A DNA stretch of 32,020 bases, from assembly GCF_001194135.2 (NCBI RefSeq), contig NC_068985.1, forward strand, positions 115,963,484 through 115,995,503, read 5' to 3'. Below are positions 20,383 through 31,900 of this stretch, piece after piece. The stretch comes from Octopus bimaculoides (taxonomy: Eukaryota). The translations under genes and the position numbers were made by a program. Numbering within the stretch: position 1 is the first letter of the stretch; each line of letters opens with the position of its first letter. The notes beneath the pieces are model-generated. The model was given only the letters and a program-made list of their open reading frames with translations, did no database searches and was not told where the DNA came from.

Positions 20383-21063
20383 AAAATTATTAAGATGGCT
20401 CTTCACCTCCACGCTCAACATTTCTTCTTCTTGTCTCATCATTACACCATGTCTAATTTTTATCTTGTTATTTCTTTTATGTTCTTCAATCCACCCATTA
20501 AACCCTGTTGCAGACCCCTGATTGTTCTTGTCTGTCCTGTATTGTCCCTCTATATCGGCCCTGGTGGCTAATAATGAATTAAATCTAAAGACAAATCAGC
20601 ACAAGTACAAAAATCACTGTGACGAGGAGTGCAAAGAGAGGAAGGATGTAAATCTGCACTAGCATTGAAAGAGATAAGAATCATGGCAACTCATAGCTAC
20701 GGGCAAGCATTTATCTATATACTGTGGTCATTTGTGTGCGTGTGTGCATGCCGCTGTGTGTGCCTGTGTATGTGTCGCTAGTTATGAAACTGAGTTCCAC
20801 AAACATATTCCACCACTTTCGCATGGGTACAACTATTTATATGACAAATATCTACGCCGGGTACTGTTTTGGTAACAACGACCCCTGCAGTTATATTTAT
20901 ATAGTAAAGCCCCTTACAAGCAGCAATGTCAGTAGTCGCAAGTTAAAGTGTTAAATTGAATCAATTTACAAGACATAACGGCATTTTTGTTGCCAAGCAG
21001 ACGACAATATGTGGAGCTTCTTATTGGAAAAGTTTGTCCTGCTTTGTGTGAGTTATAAAAATG

Positions 21064-21070
21064 TAGATAG

Positions 21071-21118
<48 letters not shown>

Positions 21119-21229
21119 GGACAAACATGCAGACAGAGAGATGGATAGATAGAGAGATAGATAGACATAGTAACAGGCTGAGATAGACAGGCAGACATAC
21201 ATACAAACAGACAGATATAGAAAGATAGG

Positions 21230-21293
<64 letters not shown>

Positions 21294-21312
21294 GGGACAG
21301 ATAGATAGATAG
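21064..21312. repeat. (GATA)n/(GA)n/(GACA)n microsatellite
   Basis: Directly visible. Confidence 0.9.
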
Positions 21313-21681
21313 CTGTTCATGTAGTTTAAATTAAATCTTAGAATGCAGGAAAAATTATCAGCATTTAGGAAGCAATCCATATTCCCTTTCGTCTTGTAGC
21401 CCCATTTAACAAGAAGCCCGGTCTTGTGTATATCGCATTCTAAAAAATAAATTAAAAAAACATGAGAAAGTGTACATAAGACAGTAACTTACGCCATCAT
21501 GCGTACGTTTCACAAACAAGAAACATCATCAATTACCTAATGTAAATCTCCAGAGACATGTAACTTCTATACATAACATTACTGCACTCTCGAATTGTTG
21601 ACAGAAATAACCTTCATAGAGAAGGCGACCATTTTCTTAGTATACCTACTTGTTCTATATTATCGTTATTAACATTATTAA

Positions 21682-21815
21682 TCTGAGTTCAAATTCTGGC
21701 GAGGTTGACTTTCATTTTCATCATTTTGCTGTCGGTAAATTGAGAAACACTGGGGTCGATGTAATCAACTAGTATCCTCCTACAAAATTTTAGACCTTGT
21801 GCCTATAGTAGAAAA
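21682..21815 (+). mobile_element. SINE family A, 5'-truncated (tail ii), followed by (TTA)n 21816-21889
   Basis: TCTGAGTTCAAATT..GAGGTTGACTTT..CACTGGGGTCGATGTAATC..CCTTGTGCCTATAGTAGAAAA. Confidence 0.85.
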
Positions 21816-21889
<74 letters not shown>

Positions 21890-22300
21890 NNNNNNNNNNN
21901 NNNNNNNNNNNNNNNNNNNNNNNNNNNNNNNNNNNNNNNNNNNNNNNNNNNNNNNNNNNNNNNNNNNNNNNNNNNNNNNNNNNNNNNNNNNNNNNNNNNN
22001 NNNNNNNNNNNNNNNNNNNNNNNNNNNNNNNNNNNNNNNNNNNNNNNNNNNNNNNNNNNNNNNNNNNNNNNNNNNNNNNNNNNNNNNNNNNNNNNNNNNN
22101 NNNNNNNNNNNNNNNNNNNNNNNNNNNNNNNNNNNNNNNNNNNNNNNNNNNNNNNNNNNNNNNNNNNNNNNNNNNNNNNNNNNNNNNNNNNNNNNNNNNN
22201 NNNNNNNNNNNNNNNNNNNNNNNNNNNNNNNNNNNNNNNNNNNNNNNNNNNNNNNNNNNNNNNNNNNNNNNNNNNNNNNNNNNNNNNNNNNNNNNNNNNN

Positions 22301-22343
<43 letters not shown>

Positions 22344-22401
22344 GAATACACAAAAAAAAGCAAGACGAAGACAGGTGTGTAAACAAAATATACCGGTAAA
22401 C

Positions 22402-22536
22402 ATCAAATAGCGCCGAGGTCGACTTTGCCTTTCATCATTTAGGGTTCGATCAATTAAGTACCAATTGTGTACTGGTGTTGATCTAACCGACTGCTCCCCT
22501 CCCAAAAAATTCGGGCCTTGTGCCTAGTGTAGAAAA
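22402..22536 (+). mobile_element. SINE family A, 5'-truncated (tail ii)
   Basis: CGCCGAGGTCGACTTTGCCTTTCATC..GGGCCTTGTGCCTAGTGTAGAAAA. Confidence 0.9.
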
Positions 22537-22602
22537 ATATATGTATGTGTGTATGTATGTATGTATGTATGTATGTATGTATGTATGTATGTATGTATGA
22601 GA

Positions 22603-22822
22603 GTGTCGCAGTGCCTGTGTCTTCCCTCTACCACCGTTTGACAACCGCTATTGGTATGCATTAGTCCCTGTAACATAGCAGTTCGGCAAAATAGACGGGT
22701 AGAATAAGCACGAGACTTGAAACAAAATACCAAAATAGGACTAGAGTCTATTCATTCGAATAAATCTTCTTTAAGACTGTGCCCCCGCTTAACCGAAGTC
22801 TAATAACGTAAACAACTAAAAG
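22603..22822 (+). mobile_element. SINE family B, 3' half only, preceded by (TATG)n 22537-22599
   Basis: CCACCGTTTGACAACCG..TAGCAGTTCGGCAAAA..GTAGAATAAG..CAACTAAAAGA matches the 3' half of the 5781 copy. Confidence 0.75.
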
Positions 22823-23026
22823 ATTCTTTTCTACTCTAGGCACAAGGCCCGAAATTTGGGGTTAGGGGGCCAGTCGATTAGATCAACCCCACAGTACGTA
22901 AATGGTACTTAATTTATCGATCCCGAAAGGATGAAAGGTAAATTCGCCCCCGGTGGCATTTGAACTCAAAACGTAAAGACAGACGAAATACCGCCAAGTA
23001 TTTCGCCCGGTGAGCTAGCATTTCTG
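22823..23026 (-). mobile_element. SINE family A (tail ii), missing ~13 nt of the 5' end; 3' unit of a head-to-tail dimer
   Basis: Matches family A up to ..GCTAGCATTTCTG, then switches abruptly into the tail of the next copy. Confidence 0.92.
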
Positions 23027-23257
23027 AATTGTTTATTGCCCACAAGGGGCTAAACATAGAAGGGACAAACAAGGACGGACAAAGGGATTAAGTCGATTAC
23101 ATCGACCCCAGTGCATAACTCGTACTTAATTTATCGACACCGAAAGTATGAAGGCAATGCCGACCTCGGTGGAATTTGAACTCAGAACGTAACGGCAGAC
23201 GAAATACCGCTAAGCATTTCGCCCGGCGTGCTAACGTTTCTGCCAGCTCGCCGCCTT
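23027..23257 (-). mobile_element. SINE family A, full length (tail i); 5' unit of the dimer
   Basis: TTATTGCCCACAAGGGG..GGACAAACAAGGACGGAC tail through CCAGCTCGCCGCCTT head. Confidence 0.95.
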
Positions 23258-23529
23258 AGATAAGAGATTCTTCGTGTGCAACTAAATACTTCGATGCCGC
23301 ATTACACTGACTATTGACAGGTCAGAAGACAATAGATATTTGTTGCTATGCTTTTCTTTGCATTTCATGTAGTGTTTTATCTTATGCTCAATGACTTGAG
23401 CATCTTCCAAAATAACGATCTTGTTCATCACTTTTATACTCACTACCTCATTGCACTTAAGTAGTCAACAGCAATTTATCAACTATTAAGAAACAGTCTA
23501 ATGGTAAACTATCTTGACACCAGTTCTGT

Positions 23530-24111
23530 TATACATACATACATACATACATGCATACACACTCACACACACGGTCACATATATATGTCTTAAATTTAAT
23601 AATTCCATTTAAACAATGGTGAATTTGGAAGTGGAAAGAATAAGAATCTAGTAAGTGCCATCCATGGAATGAATACACACACTAACACACACTCACACAC
23701 ACACACAGAGGCAAAAATATATGTATGTATGCATGTGCGTAGTTAGTGTATATGTGTGTACATATATATGTGTGTGTGTGTTTGTGAGTGTGTGTCGGTG
23801 AATAGGCATGTACGCATATATATATATATATACATATACATATACTAACATATGAATCTGCATATATTCATAAAGCATTCTCATTAAAATTTTATTCTAT
23901 TCAATAAATCTCGGGTTCTTTATGTATAAACATCTACGTAGCTCCTCTCTTTCCCTCCTTCCCCTCTTTCTCTCTCTCTCTCTCTCTTCGCTTATTTATG
24001 TGTGTGTATGTATGTATATACATACATATATATACACACACACACACATATATATATATATACACACACATATATATTTTTGTATATATGTTTGCACGTA
24101 TGTATATACAT

Positions 24112-24144
<33 letters not shown>

Positions 24145-24815
24145 CACATACACATCCACACATTTATACTCTCACATACAGAAAGAGAGAAATAGTTTTA
24201 TTTTGCAGATTTAATGCTTTAGCAAAGAAACTCCGCTTACACAAATTTCTAGATAGCTCCTCTGAAGGAGGCAATCGATGAATTAGCGAAAGCAAAGTTT
24301 CTTTACATATACATTAAACCTATTGAATAAACTTTATTACGCACAAGCACACACACACACACGCGCACACACTCACGCACACACTTTCACGGACACTCAG
24401 GCAGGTCCCTCTATATTTATGCGTTTGTGTGTGAACGTGTGTAATGTATGTGTATTCGTTCTCCATATTTCTTAGAGTTTTCCTTTTGCTCTGTAATCAT
24501 CTTCCTGTGTTGTATATTTGTATTTTATTAAAGTACTACTTTATCGATTCTTTCAAATTCAATATCATTACGCAACCTAATATTTTGCTATTTATGCTTA
24601 ACCATAAATCTGAAAATACATAAGCATATACATAGAAATAGATGTGTATGTAAATATGTCTTTATATAAATGTATAGGTACGTACATCCATAGATATCGA
24701 CTTATCTACCGACATACATATATACGAACAAATACACACATCTCCTTGTATGTATATATATATGCATGTATGTATATATATATGTATACATATATTCGTG
24801 TATGTATATAGAGAG

Positions 24816-24854
<39 letters not shown>

Positions 24855-25015
24855 NNNNNNNNNNATATATATATATATATATATACAAACATATATATAT
24901 ATATATATATATAGTCATATATATATAAGTATACGTATGTAGGCATGTATATATATATATATACATATGTATATATATATAATCTATAGCCATACATATA
25001 TGTGCATACGTATAG
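23530..25015. repeat. Cluster of compound TA/CA/TG/CT microsatellites
   Basis: Directly visible, including a 10-N gap near 24855-24864. Confidence 0.85.
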
Positions 25016-25029
25016 CCAATGCATATTTG

Positions 25030-25870
25030 GAGGAAGAAGCGGAGTTATCTTCTCCTCTTTACTTGTTCTCACTATCATCATATCTATTTAATCTCTGTTC
25101 TTGTTTCCCCTCTTTGTTGATTGCTTTCTCTTTCTCCCCCTTTTACCCACCACTCTCTGACTCTCTGTCTCTCTGTCTCTCACTCAATCCCCGTCCGTGT
25201 GTGTGTGTGTACACCCCCCACCACCACATATATATCCCTTTATCTCACTTTCTTTCTCTCTCCGTTATTGCTATTCTCTGTCATCTTTCCTTCCTTTTCC
25301 TACACCCAGAGTTCCTATCTCTCTTCCTTCCTACTTTCCGTGTCTCTTCCGATGTCTCTGTTTCTATCGTTCACATATTCATTTCGGTACGTTCGCTCTC
25401 TACTTCTGTCTCGTAGTCGTTCCCATTTCTCGCCCTCTCCATCTACCTTTCCATGCTCAACCTCACCCACTCATTTCTCCCACTCCCTTTCATTGCTCTC
25501 CATCCATCACCCACCTCTCTTCCCTTTATTACTCTTCCTCTCCTTTTCATTGCTTTCCTTTTCCCCCTCGTTACTCTTCCCCTCTCGCTGCTCTCTATTC
25601 TTCACTAATCTTTCTCTCTCTTCTTCTCCCTTGCTTCCTCTCTATCAGTCATTACAAGTCTTTTAGTGAATTTCATTCATTATTACTTTCTCTCATTCTG
25701 TCCTTCTTTCTTCCTTTTTTTTCTTTCTTTCTTCATACTTTGTAGTTCGCTTTTATCTAGTTCACACTCTTTCACTTTATGCCTCTACCCCAAACTCTTC
25801 CCCCCCCCCCATTTTGTCTCTCTGTCTCCTCTCTATTCATTTTCCATCTCCTTCTTTCTTCCCGTGTTTT
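25030..25870. repeat. Pyrimidine-rich (CT/CTT-derived) low-complexity tract
   Basis: About 840 bp with a strong C+T excess on the + strand. Confidence 0.85.
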
Positions 25871-26585
25871 ATTCCAATAAGTAGGAACCGAATTAAATTT
25901 CCTTTCATTGAATAACGTCTGTGAAAGCATTTCAACTGCCTGAAATGGATGTAAAATTGGCTGATCCTGAAAGTTTGTTTGTTAATGCAATCTTCTTGAA
26001 ATGCATTGATAAACATACAAAAACGATCTTTTCAAAATTAGACCGCCTTGCTCTTCACTTGAACTCGCTACACATGAATGCTCATCTACAATGTGAAAAT
26101 GATCGGTAGTTTGCCAGTCCAATCACGCACAGTTATTAGGAAAGCTGATCGATTAAGATAGATCTTTACCATGATACGGACATTCTACTTCATCACTAAT
26201 TATCAGAGAATTTACAAACCACTATGCCATAACTAGCCAGCTCTAACACACAATATTACAACGCCCGACACGTATACGAGACTTTTCAAATATCTTCGCA
26301 AACTTTACAAAAGCTAGGTCTCACAGTCTCTCATGACCTTTCGTTGTAACCACTTGTCAGTATCATAGCCAAAATTATATCTCAAAGGTTTGGCTTTCTG
26401 TTTAGGACAAGGAACTCCTCTAACTTTGAATATTTGCTGACTCTTCTGCAAGGCATAAGTGTAATTTATATTTGAATAATGTTGGTATATATCAAAAGGA
26501 GCAGCTTGTGCGTTTACTCAAATATTTTAGACTGTCTTCTTCAAGAAAGGACTAAAGGTCATATGATATATTGGGTTCGTATTTT

Positions 26586-26765
26586 GGCACAAAACCAGCA
26601 ATTTAGGGGGAAAGGTAAGCCAATTACACTGATCCCAGAGATCAGCTGGTATACTTATCTTATTGACTCCGAAGGGAGGAAAGGCAAAGTCGACCTCGGT
26701 GAAATGTTAAACTGTAAAGTAAAAACTGATGAAATGCCGCCGAGCATTCTGCTTAGGGTCCTAAT
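26586..26765 (-). mobile_element. SINE family A, old diverged copy
   Basis: CCGAAGGGAGGAAAGGCAAAGTCGACCTCGG..GAAATGCCGCCGAGCATT. Confidence 0.8.
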
Positions 26766-26849
26766 AATATTAAAGGTCATACAATATATTGCAAAACAAA
26801 ATACTTAATCAGAAACATTCGATCATTAGTGGTACACTGGCGTATTTTC

Positions 26850-27201
26850 TTCTTCTTCGTCTTTCACTGCGGCCAAGCTGGAGCAATCCTTTGAAGTCTG
26901 TTAGCTGAGAGAAATTGATACCAGTACTTATGCTTTTTATAGTATGGTATTTATTACATCGGTTTATATTACCAAACCGCTAGGCTAAGCGAAAGTGAAC
27001 AAAGCAACATCGTTCTTGAAGCGGTGCGGGGAAACAAACACGAAGACACATACATAAGCACAAAATTTCTGTTAACCAAATTCACTCAGAGACCATTGAC
27101 CGGTCACTAATTTTTGTACAAGATATGAGTCCAAGGAGACGTGCAATGGCGGTAAATCGCCTAAGCTGCAAAGTGAGTGTTTTAACCACACAGTCATGCC
27201 T
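26850..27201 (-). mobile_element. SINE family B, diverged full-length copy
   Basis: The minus strand reads AGGCATGACTGTGTGGTTAA..GTGAATTTGGTTAACAGAAA..(short TATG tract)..CCGCTT..CGATG..TAGCGGTTTGG..AAGTACTGG..CTCCAGCTTGGCCGCAGTGAAA. Confidence 0.75.
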
Positions 27202-27611
27202 ACATCTCTATAGTCATATTTCATGGCTAAGAAGGCTTTCATCCTAAAGGATTAACAAGCTGTGGGAATGCGCGTCTTCGATCGACCAATGTTGGGTAAT
27301 TGACTTTCAAAGCATTATATACTTGCCACAGATTTTGGGCAGAAATGTTAGCGTTCACAACATGAGCATCTGGGGCAAGCTAGAAGTGAACAACCTCTCG
27401 AAATTCTACCAAGCATACCTTACCTTCAACACCGTATATTCACATGGTTGAGGTCATCGAGGTGTCGGTTACTGATGCTTTTTGAAGGATCAAGTGCTGC
27501 CTTCAATGTACGAGTGCCTGTGCTTTGTTGCTGTTCAAACAATTCAAGCAGGACTTCACCTTCGACACAGAAGGCTGCCCTGACCTTTTATATGTGTGTA
27601 TTCGAAACTGT

Positions 27612-27974
27612 GGAGGCGCAATGGCCCAGTGGTTAGGGCAGCGGACTCGCGGTTTCGATTTCCAGACCGGGCGTTGTGAGTGTTTATTGAGCGAAAGCAC
27701 CTAAAGCTCCACGAGGCTCCGGCAGGGGATGGTGGTGAACCCTGCTGTACTCTTTCCCCACAACTTTCTCTCACTCTTACTTCCTGTTTCTGTTGCGCCT
27801 GTAATTCAAAGGGTCAGCCTTGTCACACTGTGTCACGCTGAATATCCCCGAGAACTACGTTAAGGGTGCACGTGTCTGTGGAGTGCTCAGCCACTTGCAC
27901 GTTAATTTCACGAGCAGGCTGTTCCGTTGATCGGATCAACTGGAACCTTCGACGTCGTAAGTGACAGAGTGCCA
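27612..27974 (+). mobile_element. tRNA-derived SINE with the family C tail and a different central domain; 12-bp TSD
   Basis: A box TGGCCCAGTGG, B box GGTTTCGATTTCC, family C tail from CCTGTAATTCAAA (27798) to CAGAGTGCCA, a short (AG)n, and TSD GTATTCGAAACT at 27598-27609 and 27984-27995. Confidence 0.92.
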
Positions 27975-29254
27975 AGAGAGAGAGTATTCGAAACTAGTGT
28001 CATATTCCTTGAAACATCTGAAGAGGTTATGTGTCGCATGTTGACAGTTCTTGGCACTTTCAAATCATTAATTTCTTTTGCCTCTGCCCTTGTACACTGT
28101 CCTTTTTCTCCTGGTAGCGTAACGTAGCGCTAATTGCAATTTATTCACCATTCGTCATCAAAAACGTAAAATAAAGAATATCCAAATAATATTTATATGC
28201 TGTATATGAAAATATAAAGAATAATCAATTCAACGACAATTGGACAAGTTGTATCAAATTAATGATATGACATGTAGATACAAGTTGCTAAATTTCATCA
28301 GTGAATATCCGAAAAATCTTTCGTCTCAATCTGATATATCATCACACAAAAGTCATTTCACAACAATTTTTTTTACTACGCAGCACATAATATGTAGACG
28401 CTACTAAGAGACATTAAATCTATTGAATAACACATGAAAGTGTAATATAATAGAGGCTTACTACCATTAAACAATAGCCTAGAGCACACCAAACCTACAA
28501 TTTAACACAAGACGAGGATAAATCAGATCAAATTTATGATGTAACTTCATCAAAAGCTTAGAAAAAACCCATTATATAGCATAAGACTACCAGTATATAA
28601 AACATCAACCTTATTAAGTAACTTCAACAACATCCTAGAACAAGCAATCACTACAATTTAACCCATAAAGTCCATTATATCTCATATCAACTCTTCTATG
28701 TAACTTCACCACTATTAGAAATACTGCGATTAGACATAATAACCTCATTTTATAATCTACATCACTGTTCAATAAGAAATCTAAACAGACGTGCACACAA
28801 TTGATTCTGTATGCAATTCCTTGATCTGATAGAGATAGCAGTTAAATCTCTTTCACTGCATACTCACATCATTTTGTCAAAAATGTACGGTAAGGATAAT
28901 GTAGATCTTTATATACAAAAATGGCATCACGGTCAAAGGTGTAATACCTTTGATAATAGCTTTCACTTCAACGAAACGATTCAACATTCGCCCTATTTGC
29001 TACAATGTACAGCCAAATTGTTTACATAAAAATGAAACACTATAAACTGTATGCAATGTAGTTCTGCAGACACCAACAAGTACGGGATGGTCGTTGTTGG
29101 AGGGTTTTGATCATGAATGTACTCAAACTTGACTGTGATGGAAACAGCAATAACCACATAATGAAGAACAATCATTTTTGACGGTGAATCTACCTATAGG
29201 TTTGCTCAAACAGAATTTGGTGCTACAAAACAACAGCAGTAAGAAAGGCAGCAC

Positions 29255-29300
29255 CAACAGCAACAATAACAACAACAACAACAACAACGAAAATAACAGC
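29255..29300. repeat. (AAC)n microsatellite within a degenerate AAC/CAC-rich tract
   Basis: Directly visible. Confidence 0.85.
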
Positions 29301-29402
29301 AGTATGTCTGCCATCATGCAACATACCACCATTAGCACAAAGCTCAGTAATACTATATGATAACACATGAACATCAATACACAACACCTATCAACAGAAT
29401 CT

Positions 29403-29635
29403 TATTTCTTTACTGCCCACAAGGGGCTACACACAGAGGGGACAAACAAGGACAGACAAGCGGATTAAATCGAGTATATCGACCCCAGTGCGTAACTGAT
29501 ACTTATTTAATCGACCCCGAAAGGATGAAAGGCAAAGTCGACCTCGGCGGAATTTGAACTCAGAACGTAACGGCAGACGAAATACCGGTAAGCATTTCGC
29601 CCGGCGTGCTAACGTTTCTGCCAGCTCGCCGCCTT
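29403..29635 (-). mobile_element. SINE family A, young full-length copy (tail i) with a perfect 12-bp TSD
   Basis: TSD TCAACAGAATCT at 29391-29402 and 29636-29647; near-identical to the 10522 copy. Confidence 0.97.
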
Positions 29636-31679
29636 TCAACAGAATCTGACACCATACAGACGTTACTGAGGTATTAACAATGTTAGAGATACAAACATCT
29701 TCATGCTGTTTACTAACGACATTACAGAATAGAAACATAGTCAAGCCTTATCACTAACATTATCAACACCACCACCAGAGTCACGACCACCAACTTCATC
29801 ACCGCAATCACAGCAACGATCACCACTACAACAGCGCAATGATTTTATCACTTCAAACCATTTCAGGGAAAAGGGAATATTTAGTCGATATGATCCTGAA
29901 TCAGCTCTAACATCGTTTGCTAAATGTGCTGAAAATCGAGATTTTTAAGGACAAAATTTGATTAGTTACGAAGGAAAAAGTAAGTGCTGTAGTATATGAA
30001 TAACATTCGAATCTGTGGTGACAAACAGCGTTGAGTAGGGATCACGAATTATGACGATAAAACGTTAAATCGGTTGTAATTCTGAACAACTATTGTGGAG
30101 TTATACATCATAAGAGATGGATGTCTCTATACATTTAAGCGCAAATATAGTGCTAAATGAAAATATAAAGATAAATATAGATGTGAATGTTTGTATAAAC
30201 ATGAATATATATGACATTGGAAGCCACACTGCCAACGAAAATAGATTATAATATCTGCATTTTGAAAATAAACGTTATTAATTATTTTAAGAGATATTTG
30301 TTTTGGTGGAGATTGCTTGGAAGTAGCTCTGATTTTCCCTTTAATACCATGTATTTCTGAGTTGAGGTGGCATTTTTTCTGCTGATCACAACATACAACC
30401 TATTCAACCTGTTACAAAATTGATCAATATATACTAAAATAATTTGCATACCTGTATTTAAAACTCCAGATGTAGAGAGTCAGTGAAAAGTGGTTGCCTT
30501 TATCTATATGTTCCAAATATTATAATATTCAAAGTGTTCCCTGAGACATCAGTATAAGTGTTACTGTCAACACCTTTGTCACATTCATTTGACTACTCGG
30601 AGAATAAAATGCATCCGGTTAAAATTTCAGTGATTATTCGTATTGTCTTTATCAAAAAGTAGGAAAGAATGCATACTATTATTTTACTTATTTTCAACGT
30701 GTTCGCAGTCATTCCGATATAACTATGTCTGCACTGTTAAATTCCGAAGCTAGTGAGATCAACTTATACTAAATGTAAACTCTGCTTCATAGCAGGAGGT
30801 ACAATTGTTATAAGACAAAATTCATTAGCATCAGTACTTGACGTTTTAAAAGAATTCAAGGGATAGAACTCTAAAATATAAAACGTTTAAAGACTAAATC
30901 AAGACATGTAGTATTTACTTGGATTTGAATTTGGGCCAGAAGAGGCACAGTTCCGAATACAATTTGACGCCATTGAACACCTCAGCAAAGTACAGTCTAC
31001 CGTGGAATTACCGAAACATAGAATGATTTTTAGAGGAAACAAATGGTGGTTTCGTGACAGTTGTCATTCAGTTACACGTCTTAAAATAATGACAATAGTG
31101 AGTTTGAATAGTGTTTCCTCCGTTTATATATATAGGGAAATGTGAGCTATAGGAATAATTAAATTGAAATTACACATATAAGGCACCTAGAGTGGATAAC
31201 GTATCTCATAAAATTTAATATTTAATCAACTTAAATTCTGGAGTTCACTCCCTTCATTTCTTTGACAAGGTGTTTCATTAACATCGATGACATTTTGTTT
31301 TCCTCTCGTTACGAGTGTAATTACAATTAATTAAAATTTTCTTTTGACTCACAACATTAAAAATTTTAACTCGCTCTTAATTATATTTTCTTCATGAAGG
31401 AGACATCCTTTGAACATTTTCTAATGTCATTATCATAATTTGTGGAATCAATTAATATCATTCACAAACAAATACTATATCGTCACAAACTTTATTGACT
31501 CATTACACAAATAATGCTCAGATGAAAATATTCTTCATATGAAAAGAAAAAAAAAATTCCTCGATGATTTATATATTGAATACTATTTCGTCTACATTGT
31601 ACGCTCAAAATATTCACACACACATATATAAGTATCGAATCATTTATCTATTTACGCGGTTACTTATTTTACTATCCAA

Positions 31680-31835
31680 GTCTCTATCTACCTATCTAGC
31701 TAGTTAGCTGTCCATCCATCTATCTTTCTATATATCTATCAAGCTAGCTAGCTAGCTAGCCAGATATTTATCTATCTATTTTTCTATCTACCTATCTATA
31801 TGTCTGTCTGTCTATTCATCTATCTATCTCTCTAT

Positions 31836-31897
<62 letters not shown>

Positions 31898-31900
31898 CTT
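31680..31900. repeat. (TATC)n/(TAGC)n microsatellite
   Basis: Directly visible. Confidence 0.92.

Noticed and set aside
1916-22505. Long ORFs in the supplied track containing runs of X (e.g. 1916-2884, 11630-12553, 16439-17175, 18191-19054, 21780-22505)
   Set aside because: They are open only because N bases cannot form stop codons. Their real residues are microsatellite translations.
25921-26109. 62-aa ORF MKAFQLPEMDVKLADPESLF...
   Set aside because: It begins at GTG, is short, matches no family I recognise and has no convincing splice sites. Its length is within chance expectation.
27248-27450. 67-codon plus-strand open frame RINKLWEC...NVSVHNMSIWGKLEVNNLSKFYQAYLTFNTVYSHG
   Set aside because: It looks superficially extracellular (N-x-S sites), but has only weak donor sites and no recognisable domain, and its length is compatible with chance.
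4840-27680. tRNA genes at SINE heads (A/B boxes at 4840, 5426, 10522, 27612)
   Set aside because: No complete cloverleaf or acceptor stem is evident, and each head continues into a repeated SINE body.
414-29635. Strand bias of SINE A copies (12 minus, 5 plus), which could hint at an intron of a host gene
   Set aside because: The two-sided binomial p is about 0.14, and several minus copies are clustered and not independent.
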